From an uncultured archaeon (GTDB taxonomy: Archaea; Asgardarchaeota; Lokiarchaeia; Sigyniarchaeales; SOKP01), in assembly GCA_964525635.1 (NCBI GenBank), contig CAZGJX010000018.1, positions 1-47,378 on the forward strand: 47,378 nucleotides of DNA. Direction: 5' to 3'. Below the pieces are notes generated by a model. That model saw nothing but the letters and a program-made list of their open reading frames with translations. It did no database searches and had not been told where the DNA came from. A program made the translations under genes and the position numbers. Of this stretch, positions 10,450-19,983 are shown in pieces (positions within the stretch are counted from its first letter, which is position 1; every line of letters starts with the position of its first letter).

Positions 10450-11025
10450 ATGAGTGAAGATAAAGAAGGATTAAAAAAACTTATAATGTTGATCTCTGAG
10501 TTAAGAGCTAAAGATGAAGAAAGATATGAAGCTCACGTCGACTTTATGAATCAAACGATAAAAATGATTAGTGCTATCGAATCCCAGATGAATAAACATT
10601 GGAAAACGGTATTAGAATCATTAAAAGAATTAAATGAGAATATTAATGCAAATCTAGATTCTTTATTGACAGGTATCAATCCTAAAGGATTAAGAGAAAC
10701 ATCTAATTCTCTTCGAGAAATAATGGATACTATGAATAAGAGTGTTCAATCTATGAATCTTGAAAAGGTCTTAAGTGAACTTAAACTATTGAAAGGATTA
10801 AATGTTCAATATACACAAATGCCTACCCAAGAAGTATATGTAGGGCAACAACCCGAACAAATAACCACTACTCTCAAACCACCTGGCTTAAAAGCACCAG
10901 GTACTACTAGCGCTAAGACTGAAGAATCTCAATGGGTTGATCCTAATGAAGCAGAGAAAAAGAAGAGAGAAAAAGAAGAAGAAGAGCCTCATTTATTAAA
11001 ACCAAGTGATTTCTTTGGTTCTTAA
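10450..11025 (+). CDS. coiled-coil protein with disordered Pro/Glu/Lys-rich tail
   Basis: Heptad-rich N-terminal ~115 aa, low-complexity linker and C-terminal PHLLKPSDFFGS. Confidence 0.7.
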   Translation: MSEDKEGLKKLIMLISELRAKDEERYEAHVDFMNQTIKMISAIESQMNKHWKTVLESLKELNENINANLDSLLTGINPKGLRETSNSLREIMDTMNKSVQSMNLEKVLSELKLLKGLNVQYTQMPTQEVYVGQQPEQITTTLKPPGLKAPGTTSAKTEESQWVDPNEAEKKKREKEEEEPHLLKPSDFFGS

Positions 11026-11421
11026 GGGATCATAGTTTTGTATTATTAATTATCTTAAATCAATATAAAATTGGATTTAATAATATATATCCATTTTATT
11101 ACTGGAAGTATTCTATAACCTTATAACTATTTATAAAAATCGAGCAATTCTTAGAAAAATCACCAATTTCTATTCTAGTTATCAATCTTTTTTATTTTTT
11201 ATATCTTCTTATTCTCTTTTATAATACTCCTTTTTTATGATTTTATTTATAAGAAATAGAAAATTCTTTTTAAAACCATAGAGAATGAAAAATCTTTAAT
11301 TTAGTATATGGATATGAAGAAATTGTAGTTGAAACATAGATATAGAAAATTTAAGAGAGATAGGAGGAATTATATTAAAATTATTCAAATTTCGTTATTT
11401 TTTAGAACTATTGAAGAACTC

Positions 11422-11441
11422 TTTAGGGTGTGGTAGTTCAA
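11422..11441 (-). repeat. second, truncated copy of the hairpin element targeted by the IS
   Basis: TTTAGGGTGTGGTAGTTCAA matches 5882-5901 (TTTAGGGAGTGGTAGTTCAA) at 19 of 20 positions. Confidence 0.65.
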
Positions 11442-12328
11442 ATAGCACCCATTATATCTGAATACATATTTATTTCGATATTATAGTAATTTTTAATGAT
11501 ATCTAATAGAAATTCAAAATAATCCTTATTAAAATTCTTTAAATATTTCTTTTCCAATAAATCTTTAATTTCCATTTTATTGACACTCTCTTCTTTTTTA
11601 GAAAAGTTATCAATAATAAAATTAACTTCATTATACAGTAATTTAAATCTTTTTTTCAATCGTGGTAATGTATTTTCCTTTTTTTCATAAAATTCAGCAA
11701 TTATACTATTAATTACTTTGATATTTTTACCAAAATTCTTTATCCCCTTTATTTTTAAATCTTGAATTAAGATTGTTTCCTCCATTAATTTATTGAGTTC
11801 AAAAGATTTATCATTTATAATTTTAACATTATAATTAAAAAGATTATGGGTAATAATATCAAGAAAGTTATCCAGAAGTTTAATATCCAAATTATCTAAT
11901 TCTTCACTAATAACAATTATTTTTTTTTTTAATAATATAGCTTTAAAAATATAAACATAGACGATAGTTGGAAATAAATTTTTTATTAATTTGATCTCTT
12001 TTTCATCAAGTAATGATACTTTTGAATCATCAAAATCTAAACCATCAATTAATTTGATCTCATCTAATAATATATCTACTTTTTGATATCCTCTAATATG
12101 AAAGTTTTTATCAAGATAAACTTGAAAATGATGTTCACAACAAAAACCAGGTGGAATACTTACAGTGGTTAAAGTTTTGCTTGTTTTAATTGAATTCAAA
12201 GGAATAAAAAGTTCTTTTTCCTTTTTACATAATGGACAGATTATTTTTACTTTAATTTTAACGTCAGATTCCTCATCTAGTTCAAAACTCTTCAAATATA
12301 CAACACTTTCCTTATAAAGTTTATACAA
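11438..12328 (-). CDS. Zn-binding domain protein with a DENN-core-like segment
   Basis: CPLC...CCEHHFQVYLDKNFHIRGYQKVD, followed by IFKAILLKKKIIVIS. Confidence 0.5.
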   Translation of the reverse strand: MYKLYKESVVYLKSFELDEESDVKIKVKIICPLCKKEKELFIPLNSIKTSKTLTTVSIPPGFCCEHHFQVYLDKNFHIRGYQKVDILLDEIKLIDGLDFDDSKVSLLDEKEIKLIKNLFPTIVYVYIFKAILLKKKIIVISEELDNLDIKLLDNFLDIITHNLFNYNVKIINDKSFELNKLMEETILIQDLKIKGIKNFGKNIKVINSIIAEFYEKKENTLPRLKKRFKLLYNEVNFIIDNFSKKEESVNKMEIKDLLEKKYLKNFNKDYFEFLLDIIKNYYNIEINMYSDIMGAI

Positions 12329-12535
12329 ATAAGACTAATTTAATTTAAATCTAATATTATTTAGAGAAAATTAAAAATTTATTATGTGACTAAATTGACC
12401 AAACCAGTAATATAAAAATTACCTATTATCTATTTAAATATTTGTTAAATTACTATAAATTTATTCAAATATATATCTAATATATTTTCTTTTGATTGAA
12501 TAAAACAATAATAATTTATAATAACTTTTATAAGC

Positions 12536-13882
12536 TTAACTAAAGATTTCCATGAAAGCACCTAATCTTGTTTGGATTTGTTCTATATTTTCACCTATTT
12601 TACGGAAATTGATTACAGTTGTGGGTATATCAAGCTTTCTTTTAATTTTCTTCCGTAATATTGTATAACAATTAGCTATACTATGGCATCCAAAAACTTG
12701 GTTAAATATAATTCCATCAACTTTTAACTCTTTTGCGGATTTAATATAATTATCTGTTAATGCATTTTGATCATATCCAACTCCATGTTCTGTCATTTCT
12801 AATAAAAATTTCGCATAATTTTCAATTGGGTTTGAATTTTTAGAAATTGGAATTTCTTCTAATAGTTTAAATATTTTCCAATCAGCATATATTGTTCTAG
12901 CCCCTAATTTATATAGTATTTCATGTGTTTCTGGTTCCCATCCTCCAAACATAGGTGTTACTAAAATTTTTGGCATTTTAGAAACATCCATTCCAATGCC
13001 ATTTTTTTTTCTTTGTCTAATTTCATTAATCAAATGACTAATATTATCAAGATATCTCTGTGAATTTGAATTATAATCTTGAAAACTAAATCCTAATAAG
13101 ACTAAAATCTCTGCAAACGTTGCAGGATTGCATGGATAAAAATCAGCAATGCTATGTTCATGTAAAATTGTCTTATAATATCTTTTTATTTGATTAGCAA
13201 TACGAAATTGTTTTTTTAAACTGTTATCTGTTATTAAATTGCCTGTTAGTTCTTCTAATTGTGTTATAGCATTTGAAATATTATTTGTTAATAGTTCTAG
13301 TGCATTTCCTATATTTCTCGGGGGTATATCAATCAATATTTGTTTAGCTTTAGGAATTATTAAGTTTAAAGATTCAGAATACTTATTCCATGCGCTACAT
13401 CTTATTGTAAAATTGATATTAGCATCAACATTTTTACCCTTTGAAATAAACATACCTGTAAGATTTGTTATACCATAACAAAAATCGCTAGAAATACCAT
13501 TTTCAATACCTAATTCATAAAGTTCATTATATTTATCATTAATAGTATGAATAACATCATTTAGAACATTATCTAATATTTTAAAAACATCAAATTGCCT
13601 TGCAAAACTTAATAATTTTGAAGTTAAGTTCCATCCAATAAGATTTGAAGCAGAACCTAAAGCAGAGAGATATGTATGTATTTTAAACCTTTCCATTCTA
13701 ATAGGGAAAACAGGAATAGCTCCAGATGCAAATATAAGATCTGAGAAAGGTAATGCAACGGATATTAGTTTTTTTCTTTCTTTAAACTTTTTTTTCTTTA
13801 AATAATCCCTTCCTGCCAGAAAATTATATGCTAGTCGTAATACAGATTTAAATGTTACAATATCATCAGTAAATAAACTTAT
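12536..13882 (-). CDS. 2-hydroxyacyl-CoA dehydratase subunit (HgdA/B, FldB/C family), probable ATA start
   Basis: The frame is open 62 codons upstream of the ATG at 13696 and includes the conserved DLIFASGAIPV. C-terminal VDGII..FGCHS...QIQTRLGAFME. Confidence 0.8.
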   Translation of the reverse strand: MSLFTDDIVTFKSVLRLAYNFLAGRDYLKKKKFKERKKLISVALPFSDLIFASGAIPVFPIRMERFKIHTYLSALGSASNLIGWNLTSKLLSFARQFDVFKILDNVLNDVIHTINDKYNELYELGIENGISSDFCYGITNLTGMFISKGKNVDANINFTIRCSAWNKYSESLNLIIPKAKQILIDIPPRNIGNALELLTNNISNAITQLEELTGNLITDNSLKKQFRIANQIKRYYKTILHEHSIADFYPCNPATFAEILVLLGFSFQDYNSNSQRYLDNISHLINEIRQRKKNGIGMDVSKMPKILVTPMFGGWEPETHEILYKLGARTIYADWKIFKLLEEIPISKNSNPIENYAKFLLEMTEHGVGYDQNALTDNYIKSAKELKVDGIIFNQVFGCHSIANCYTILRKKIKRKLDIPTTVINFRKIGENIEQIQTRLGAFMEIFS

Positions 13883-13883
13883 C

Positions 13884-15020
13884 TTAAATCATCTCCATAA
13901 ATGCTTCTATTCTTGTTGAGAGTTGTCCTCTATTTGAACGAGAATAATCTCTCTCCAAATTTAAAACTTGTATCCCTTCTTCTTGTAATTGTTTCTTAAG
14001 ATTTGCTTGAAAAAGGCTAAAATGATCACAAAATTTTATGATATGATTTATAATAGAGATTTTTTTATGATAATTCTCCTGAAAATTATTTGAAAAATTC
14101 CTGATAAATTTAATTTTATTTTCAAGAAAATTCGGTATTGTGTGATCTCCATATATGTTATTTTCAAACCTATTCTTAAGAAGTTTTATGGGATTATTTA
14201 TGGAACTTAATGTCTTTTCTGTAAATATTTGCGAATAGTAATTATATCCAATCCAAGTATCAAAAAATATAATATTACCACCACTTTCTTCAATTAAATC
14301 AATTAAATAATCTCCAATAAAAATAGAACATCCTGTAAAAAAAATATTTTTAACATTATCAACTTCAGAATTGGTCTTATTTTTATTTTGTTCAATAAAT
14401 CTATCAATTTCTGGTTGTATTTCAGGTCCAAATAAAATAGCTTTCTGAAAGACTTCTAATTTTACTGAACCTTTAATATTTAAATCATTAACAATAGAAA
14501 GAGTTTTTTTAAATTTATTATATTTAATAATGCTTTCTTTTATTTTTCCATCAGAAATCTTCTCGTTAGTGATAATCTCAAGATTTTTTCTTAAATTTTC
14601 TAATTCTAATTCATAATATTTAAAAGAATTTAAATTTCTAGTATAAGATACATAAAAATTTACTCTTTTTAGATTAAAATTATCAGAAATAAGTTCAGAA
14701 ACACATATATCAGTTACACAATGATTTGATAATAAAATATAATCTAACTTATCTAAAAATCTATGCGTTTTAGGCTTAGTAGAAAATAAACCTAAGCAAC
14801 TCTGAGCAAAACTACATGTAGAGGGAGGTAAAAATTCATGACTAGAATTCATTAATTCATCATTTCCTGCAAAAATCATTCTTAAGGGAATAAATCCAGC
14901 AGCATCGAGAAGTTCCTCAGGGATATTATCATGAGCTAAAAAACCAATAACTTTTTTTCCATCCGATTTCTTATTTTCAAGAAATTCTCTATAATCAGAT
15001 AATAAATCTAATGAATTCAT
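13884..15020 (-). CDS. 2-hydroxyacyl-CoA dehydratase subunit (HgdB/FldC family)
   Basis: IPEELLDAAGFIPLR, TCSF, KFCD and GQLSTRIEAFME. Confidence 0.88.
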   Translation of the reverse strand: MNSLDLLSDYREFLENKKSDGKKVIGFLAHDNIPEELLDAAGFIPLRMIFAGNDELMNSSHEFLPPSTCSFAQSCLGLFSTKPKTHRFLDKLDYILLSNHCVTDICVSELISDNFNLKRVNFYVSYTRNLNSFKYYELELENLRKNLEIITNEKISDGKIKESIIKYNKFKKTLSIVNDLNIKGSVKLEVFQKAILFGPEIQPEIDRFIEQNKNKTNSEVDNVKNIFFTGCSIFIGDYLIDLIEESGGNIIFFDTWIGYNYYSQIFTEKTLSSINNPIKLLKNRFENNIYGDHTIPNFLENKIKFIRNFSNNFQENYHKKISIINHIIKFCDHFSLFQANLKKQLQEEGIQVLNLERDYSRSNRGQLSTRIEAFMEMI

Positions 15021-15148
15021 ATTAAATATAAAAATAAAATAATAATACTCAAGAATAAGAGTATATTATTGAAAAAATATATCGGTTTAATAAATAAGTT
15101 ATGATTTTTTATAATTTAATATAAAATGCTCATAATTTAAATTATATT

Positions 15149-15934
15149 TTATCTTTGATTTTTATCCAAAGCAATTAAAGCTGCTCCTATTGCTCCTGTT
15201 AACTGGGGATTTTCTGGACATACTATGTCAAATCCTAATTCTATTTCTAAGTATTTTTTTACCCCTATATTTTTTGCAACTCCTCCACAAAAGACTAATT
15301 GAGGTTCAACACCTATACGTTTTGCCATACTAGCTACTCTTTTAGAAATAGATTTATGGATTCCGGCGGCTATATCTTCTTTAATTATTCCTCTCGCAAA
15401 AAGACTGATTACCTCGCTCTCAGCAAATACCGTACATGTTGAGCTTATTGCTGCAGGACTTCCTGAGCGTAATGCAAGCTCCCCAAAGCTATCAATTGGT
15501 ATTTCTAATGCATGAGACATTACTTCTAAAAATCTTCCTGTACCTGCAGCACATTTATCATTCATTTGAAAATCTATAACTTTACCTGTTTTTAAAGACA
15601 TAACAATTGCTTTACTATCTTGTCCACCAATATCAATTACAGAATTTGCTTGAGGAAAGAAATATTTCGCACCTCTTGCATGTGCTGTGATTTCAGTTAT
15701 TCTATCATCCATAAAATCAATTGAGTTCCTACCATACCCGGTACTCATGATAAAAACATCAGAACGACTAAGTTTATTTTGATCCAAAATATCCTTAAAT
15801 AAATTAAAGCCCACCCTTTTAAAATCATAAGTAGATCGGCTTAATCTCCAATCTATAATTTGATATGCTTCATCTAATAATACAATTTTAGTAGCTAAAG
15901 AGCCAATATCAATTCCAATAACATACATATTCAT
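15149..15934 (-). CDS. CoA-dehydratase activator ATPase (HgdC/BadG family)
   Basis: GIDIGS, TGYGR, DIGGQDSK, MNDKCAAGTGRFLE and CTVFAESE. Confidence 0.93.
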   Translation of the reverse strand: MNMYVIGIDIGSLATKIVLLDEAYQIIDWRLSRSTYDFKRVGFNLFKDILDQNKLSRSDVFIMSTGYGRNSIDFMDDRITEITAHARGAKYFFPQANSVIDIGGQDSKAIVMSLKTGKVIDFQMNDKCAAGTGRFLEVMSHALEIPIDSFGELALRSGSPAAISSTCTVFAESEVISLFARGIIKEDIAAGIHKSISKRVASMAKRIGVEPQLVFCGGVAKNIGVKKYLEIELGFDIVCPENPQLTGAIGAALIALDKNQR

Positions 15935-16100
15935 TTTTTAGAATAATAGTAAGGAAAAAAACTTTTGTTCATAAAGTATGATTATTTAAGTTAAAATCTT
16001 TTTTTTAATTCTGGTCCAAATTAAATATATCATCTAATTTAAAAAATATGTTTAAAAATAAAAATAAAAAAATAAATTAATTTTAGTTAATAATTTTATA

Positions 16101-16895
16101 TTATTTCAATTCTTTTGCTTGTTGTATCCAATCTTCTAGATCTTCTAATAGAGGTACCCTTCTGATTATATCTGGTTTTTCTTCATCTAATTTCTTGAGT
16201 TTTTCTAATGTATTATTAGGATTTCTTTGGGCAAATTCTTTTACTGAATCAATACCAATTTGATTTAAAGCATCAGCATATTCTGGACCTACTCCTTTAA
16301 TTCTCATTAAATCGGCATGTTCTTGCCATTTATCAAGTAATTTAGCTGAAATACCTGTTTTTTTTGCTGTTTCTTCTATCTCTTCCTTTGTCATAGATAA
16401 TAAATTTTCACATTTTTTAATTCCGGCTGATTCTAACTTTTTTGTATATTTGTTGCCAATTCCTTCAATATTAATAATATCCATACCTGGGCCTTCTTTT
16501 TCAGATTTAATGTCATATTTATTCTTAGCAGCTTCAATCCATTCCTCGATATTTTTTTCAGTTGGAAGTTTTCTCACAATATCTGGTTTTTTTTTATCTA
16601 ATTCTTTAATTTTTTCCAAAGTTTGTTTTGGATTACGATAAGCTAGTTCTTTAACAGAATCAATTCCTATTTCATTAAAAACCTCAGCATATTCTGGACC
16701 TACTCCTTTAAGTGAAATTAGGTCTGCATGTTCCTGCCATTTATCTAATAACTTTGGTGAAATCTTAGTCTTAGCGGCAAGTTCCTTCATTGTGTTCCAA
16801 GAAAGTGAAGTTAGATCTTCTACTTCAAATATACCTTCTTTTTCTAATGTTTTAGCATATTCTTTACCAATACCCTCGATTTCAATTAGTTTCAT
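16101..16895 (-). CDS. tandem DUF4332 (HhH-like) domain protein
   Basis: Two ~130-aa copies of IEGIG...LLDKWQEHADL..KGVGPEYA...IGIDSVKE.A.RNP. Confidence 0.8.
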   Translation of the reverse strand: MKLIEIEGIGKEYAKTLEKEGIFEVEDLTSLSWNTMKELAAKTKISPKLLDKWQEHADLISLKGVGPEYAEVFNEIGIDSVKELAYRNPKQTLEKIKELDKKKPDIVRKLPTEKNIEEWIEAAKNKYDIKSEKEGPGMDIINIEGIGNKYTKKLESAGIKKCENLLSMTKEEIEETAKKTGISAKLLDKWQEHADLMRIKGVGPEYADALNQIGIDSVKEFAQRNPNNTLEKLKKLDEEKPDIIRRVPLLEDLEDWIQQAKELK

Positions 16896-17001
16896 CTTTA
16901 ATCACTTTACGATTTATAAATTTAATATTCATTAAAAAGAAAAAAGCATATTTAAATCTATTTTTAAAAAAATAAAGAAAATTAAAATAATATCAAACAG
17001 T

Positions 17002-17853
17002 TTATAATGTTTCAACTAATTGTAATAATATACTCGTTAAAACTAATGTCATAAGGAAAGCTCCTGCCATTTGAATAATATATTTTATTATAGAGCTTTT
17101 TGAAATCATCCCTAAGAATATCCCCAATAAAATAATAAAAACTCCTGTAATGATAAAAGATGCAATAAATATCATTATATTTGGAATTGAAATGAAAAAG
17201 AAAGGAATAAGAGGGATTAATCCTCCTAGAAAAGGAGCTCCCCCATTAACTAATGATACAATAATACCTGCAAAAGATTCAGCTTTTGCATGTAATGTTT
17301 TAATCTTTTTTTTTTTTTTTTTTTTTTAAATAATTTTTATTAATATTTTTTTGAATTAAAATTTGTTTATTTAAATATTAATATTTTGTTTATTTTTTTT
17401 TTAATTATTTTATTTTTTAATATTTTAAAATGTTTTAATATTTTTTTTTTTTTTTTTTTTTACATCAGTTTTCTTAAGATGGATTGGCATTAACATTGCT
17501 TTCTTTAACTCTTCCTCATTTGTTTCTTTAGGTTTTAAATCTTTTCCTTTTTCCTCAAATTCACCCATCGCTTTTCTTATTTCTTTCTTAATTTTATTTT
17601 GCTCGGCTTTTTCAGAAAGAAATGAACCAGAGAAACCAGAGATAAACATTGTAATAGATGTACTTAAGCCAGGGATTATTATTAATTCAGATATTATATC
17701 ATCCCCATTTAAAAACAATATAAAAGATCCAAGAATAACACCAATAATAGTTAACATACCATCGTAAAAATTATTGACAAAATATCTTCTAGAAATTGCT
17801 CCAAGATCAGTAATTTTTATATAGATTTTCCATTTTGACAATATTCTTATCAA
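17002..17853 (-). CDS. VIT1/CCC1-family membrane protein (TIGR00267-like), split by a 135-nt probable assembly artefact
   Basis: N-part RRYFVNNFYDGMLT...SEKAEQ and same-frame C-part KTLHAKAESFAGIIVSLVNGGAPFLGGLIPLIPF...VETL*. Deleting 17294-17428 gives a 238-aa ORF. Confidence 0.75.
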
Positions 17854-17987
17854 TAAATATGTTAAACAATTAGTCTTTTAAATAATAATCATATATTTAA
17901 TATATAATTTATTCTAAAAACTATTATTTTTATAGTTCAATTAATATATAATATTAAAAGTTAATAATTTATTTAATTGAGAGAGAT

Positions 17988-18626
17988 ATGCAAAAAATTA
18001 AGAATCAAATTCTTTCATTAATGATTGAGCACTCCAGAATTATATATTCTGTGATGAGTGATATGGGTGTTTATTATAATACTTGGCAAGAAGGGAATGA
18101 GTCAAAGAATACCCATTTAGAAAAAAAAAGAAACAAAATGCAAATTTTAGAAGAAGATGCTGACGATATAAAAATAAGATTGATAAAAGATTATTCTGAA
18201 GTTCAAGCACAAGGATTAGGTAATTATATGGCTTTAATATTAGGTATGGATAATACTATCAACTCTGCTTTAGAATTTACAGATATTATTTCAAAAATAG
18301 ATCCAACAAATGAAATAAATGATAATATTAAAAATCGATATCATAGACTCATTAATCATATATTAAAAATGACTGATGTGTTAAAGTTAGCAATAAAAAA
18401 TTTAAGAGATAGTCCACAAGAAGTATTTAAAAATACAATATCAATACATGAATTTGAAAATGATATAGATAAAATCTTTAGAGAATTCTTAAATTATCTT
18501 TATGATAATCAAAACATAGATATAAGAACTCTATTTAGAATTAGAGATAGCATTAAGGTATTAGAAGAACTCGCTGATAGAGTACATGATATCGCTGATG
18601 AAATTAGAGTGATTCTTTATCAATAA
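17988..18626 (+). CDS. DUF47/PhoU-like helical protein
   Basis: Repeated LEEDADDIK / FENDIDKI and LEELADRVHDIAD motifs; divergent from the VIT1-like gene. Confidence 0.75.
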   Translation: MQKIKNQILSLMIEHSRIIYSVMSDMGVYYNTWQEGNESKNTHLEKKRNKMQILEEDADDIKIRLIKDYSEVQAQGLGNYMALILGMDNTINSALEFTDIISKIDPTNEINDNIKNRYHRLINHILKMTDVLKLAIKNLRDSPQEVFKNTISIHEFENDIDKIFREFLNYLYDNQNIDIRTLFRIRDSIKVLEELADRVHDIADEIRVILYQ

Positions 18627-18749
18627 CACTTTTTAAAATCTTTTTTAAAATAATTATTTAAACAAAAATATCAAATTCCTTCTTTAATATTTCAACAATT
18701 TATTGTATTATCATAGAAATTTCCAATACCTAATAGAATATTAGAAGAT

Positions 18750-19358
18750 TTATGGTTTAAACCATTCAAAAAAATAGTAACTGATTGTGGTAGGATTTGC
18801 TATTACAAATTTCTTTCTAACTGATGTAGCTAATCTACCAGCTCGTACCATATCTATTGCCCCTATTTTTGAATCATGAGGTAAGACATGTACAATAAAA
18901 GGGGAGTGTTCTAATCCAGGTCCTTTCTTATAAACTACAAAATCTGCTCCAAATTTTAAACCTGGTCTTGGAATATATCCTTTATCTCTCAAATCATTAT
19001 ATATTATGTATTTTTCTTCGAATTTATTATGAATTTGTTTTACTTTTTTATAAAAGTCCTTTATATCAAGCTCAACTTTTTCTTTCACATCATAAATAGA
19101 GATTCTACCTTTATTAAGTAGATAATATGCTTCTATTAAAGATAATTCAGAGGGTTTAGAAAAGTATTCTAAACGAGGTTTGCTTATTCCTAGTGGAGCA
19201 CCAAAAAACTTTTCCTTAGTATATAGATATGAGGCATAGAGAGGATTAAAAACGATGACTCGTGAATTGATCAATTTAGTTGGTATTTGCTCTGGAATAT
19301 CTTTTTCGTCTAAATCTTCAAGAGAGATTTTTTCTTGTGTCTCTTTTTCCATATTCAT
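18750..19358 (-). CDS. endA: tRNA-intron (splicing) endonuclease
   Basis: LSLIEAYYL, GLKFGADFVVYKKGPGLEHS and RLATSVRKK carry the Y/H/K catalytic triad. Confidence 0.93.
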   Translation of the reverse strand: MNMEKETQEKISLEDLDEKDIPEQIPTKLINSRVIVFNPLYASYLYTKEKFFGAPLGISKPRLEYFSKPSELSLIEAYYLLNKGRISIYDVKEKVELDIKDFYKKVKQIHNKFEEKYIIYNDLRDKGYIPRPGLKFGADFVVYKKGPGLEHSPFIVHVLPHDSKIGAIDMVRAGRLATSVRKKFVIANPTTISYYFFEWFKP

Positions 19359-19413
19359 TATTTAGTATCAATCATTAATAATTTATTAAATCTTTTAAAG
19401 TAGAAAATAATTA

Positions 19414-19914
19414 TTATTCACTTTCATTTTTTATTTTATTTATTATAAAAAAAACGATTTTTTTAACTGTTTGATCAATTGAAACTTCAATTGCATAATC
19501 AGGTACTTCAAGTGCTATGAATTGGCTTTCTAATAAGCTTTCAGGCATAAAATGATTTTTCCTTTTTTGTATTCTTTCTAAGATTAGATTTTTCTCACCA
19601 TTCAAAAAAATAAATAAACAATTCCTATTTTTATTTAATATTTGTCTATATGATTCTTTCAGAGAAGAACATGCTAAAATTATATCTCCTTCTTTATTAC
19701 AGAGATTCAACTTTTCTGATAATATTTCTAACCAAGGTATTCTATCAATATCCTCTAGCGGAATACTATTACCCATTTTCTCAATATTAGATTTAGAATG
19801 ATAATCATCACCCTCAATAAAAGGAATTTTCAATGTTTTTGATAAGGCTCTACCTATTGTTGTTTTACCAGAGCCACATACACCCATAATAACATAGATC
19901 ATAGAAGTAATCAA
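19414..19914 (-). CDS. gntK: gluconokinase (GntK/IdnK family)
   Basis: MGVCGSGKTT, EGDDYH, DRIPWL, ACSSLK and HFMPESLLESQF. The true start may be the ATG at 19902. Confidence 0.9.
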   Translation of the reverse strand: MITSMIYVIMGVCGSGKTTIGRALSKTLKIPFIEGDDYHSKSNIEKMGNSIPLEDIDRIPWLEILSEKLNLCNKEGDIILACSSLKESYRQILNKNRNCLFIFLNGEKNLILERIQKRKNHFMPESLLESQFIALEVPDYAIEVSIDQTVKKIVFFIINKIKNESE

Positions 19915-19983
19915 CCTTTTTTATATATTTTATCACAGAAAATACAATAAAAATATATTATGATTAAGTTTAGATAAATTAGA

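Noticed and set aside
17294-17428. Intron in a protein-coding gene (tempting because endA is nearby)
   Set aside because: No bulge-helix-bulge was evident, and the insert is a degraded copy of adjacent sequence next to a long homopolymer, typical of a sequencing artefact.
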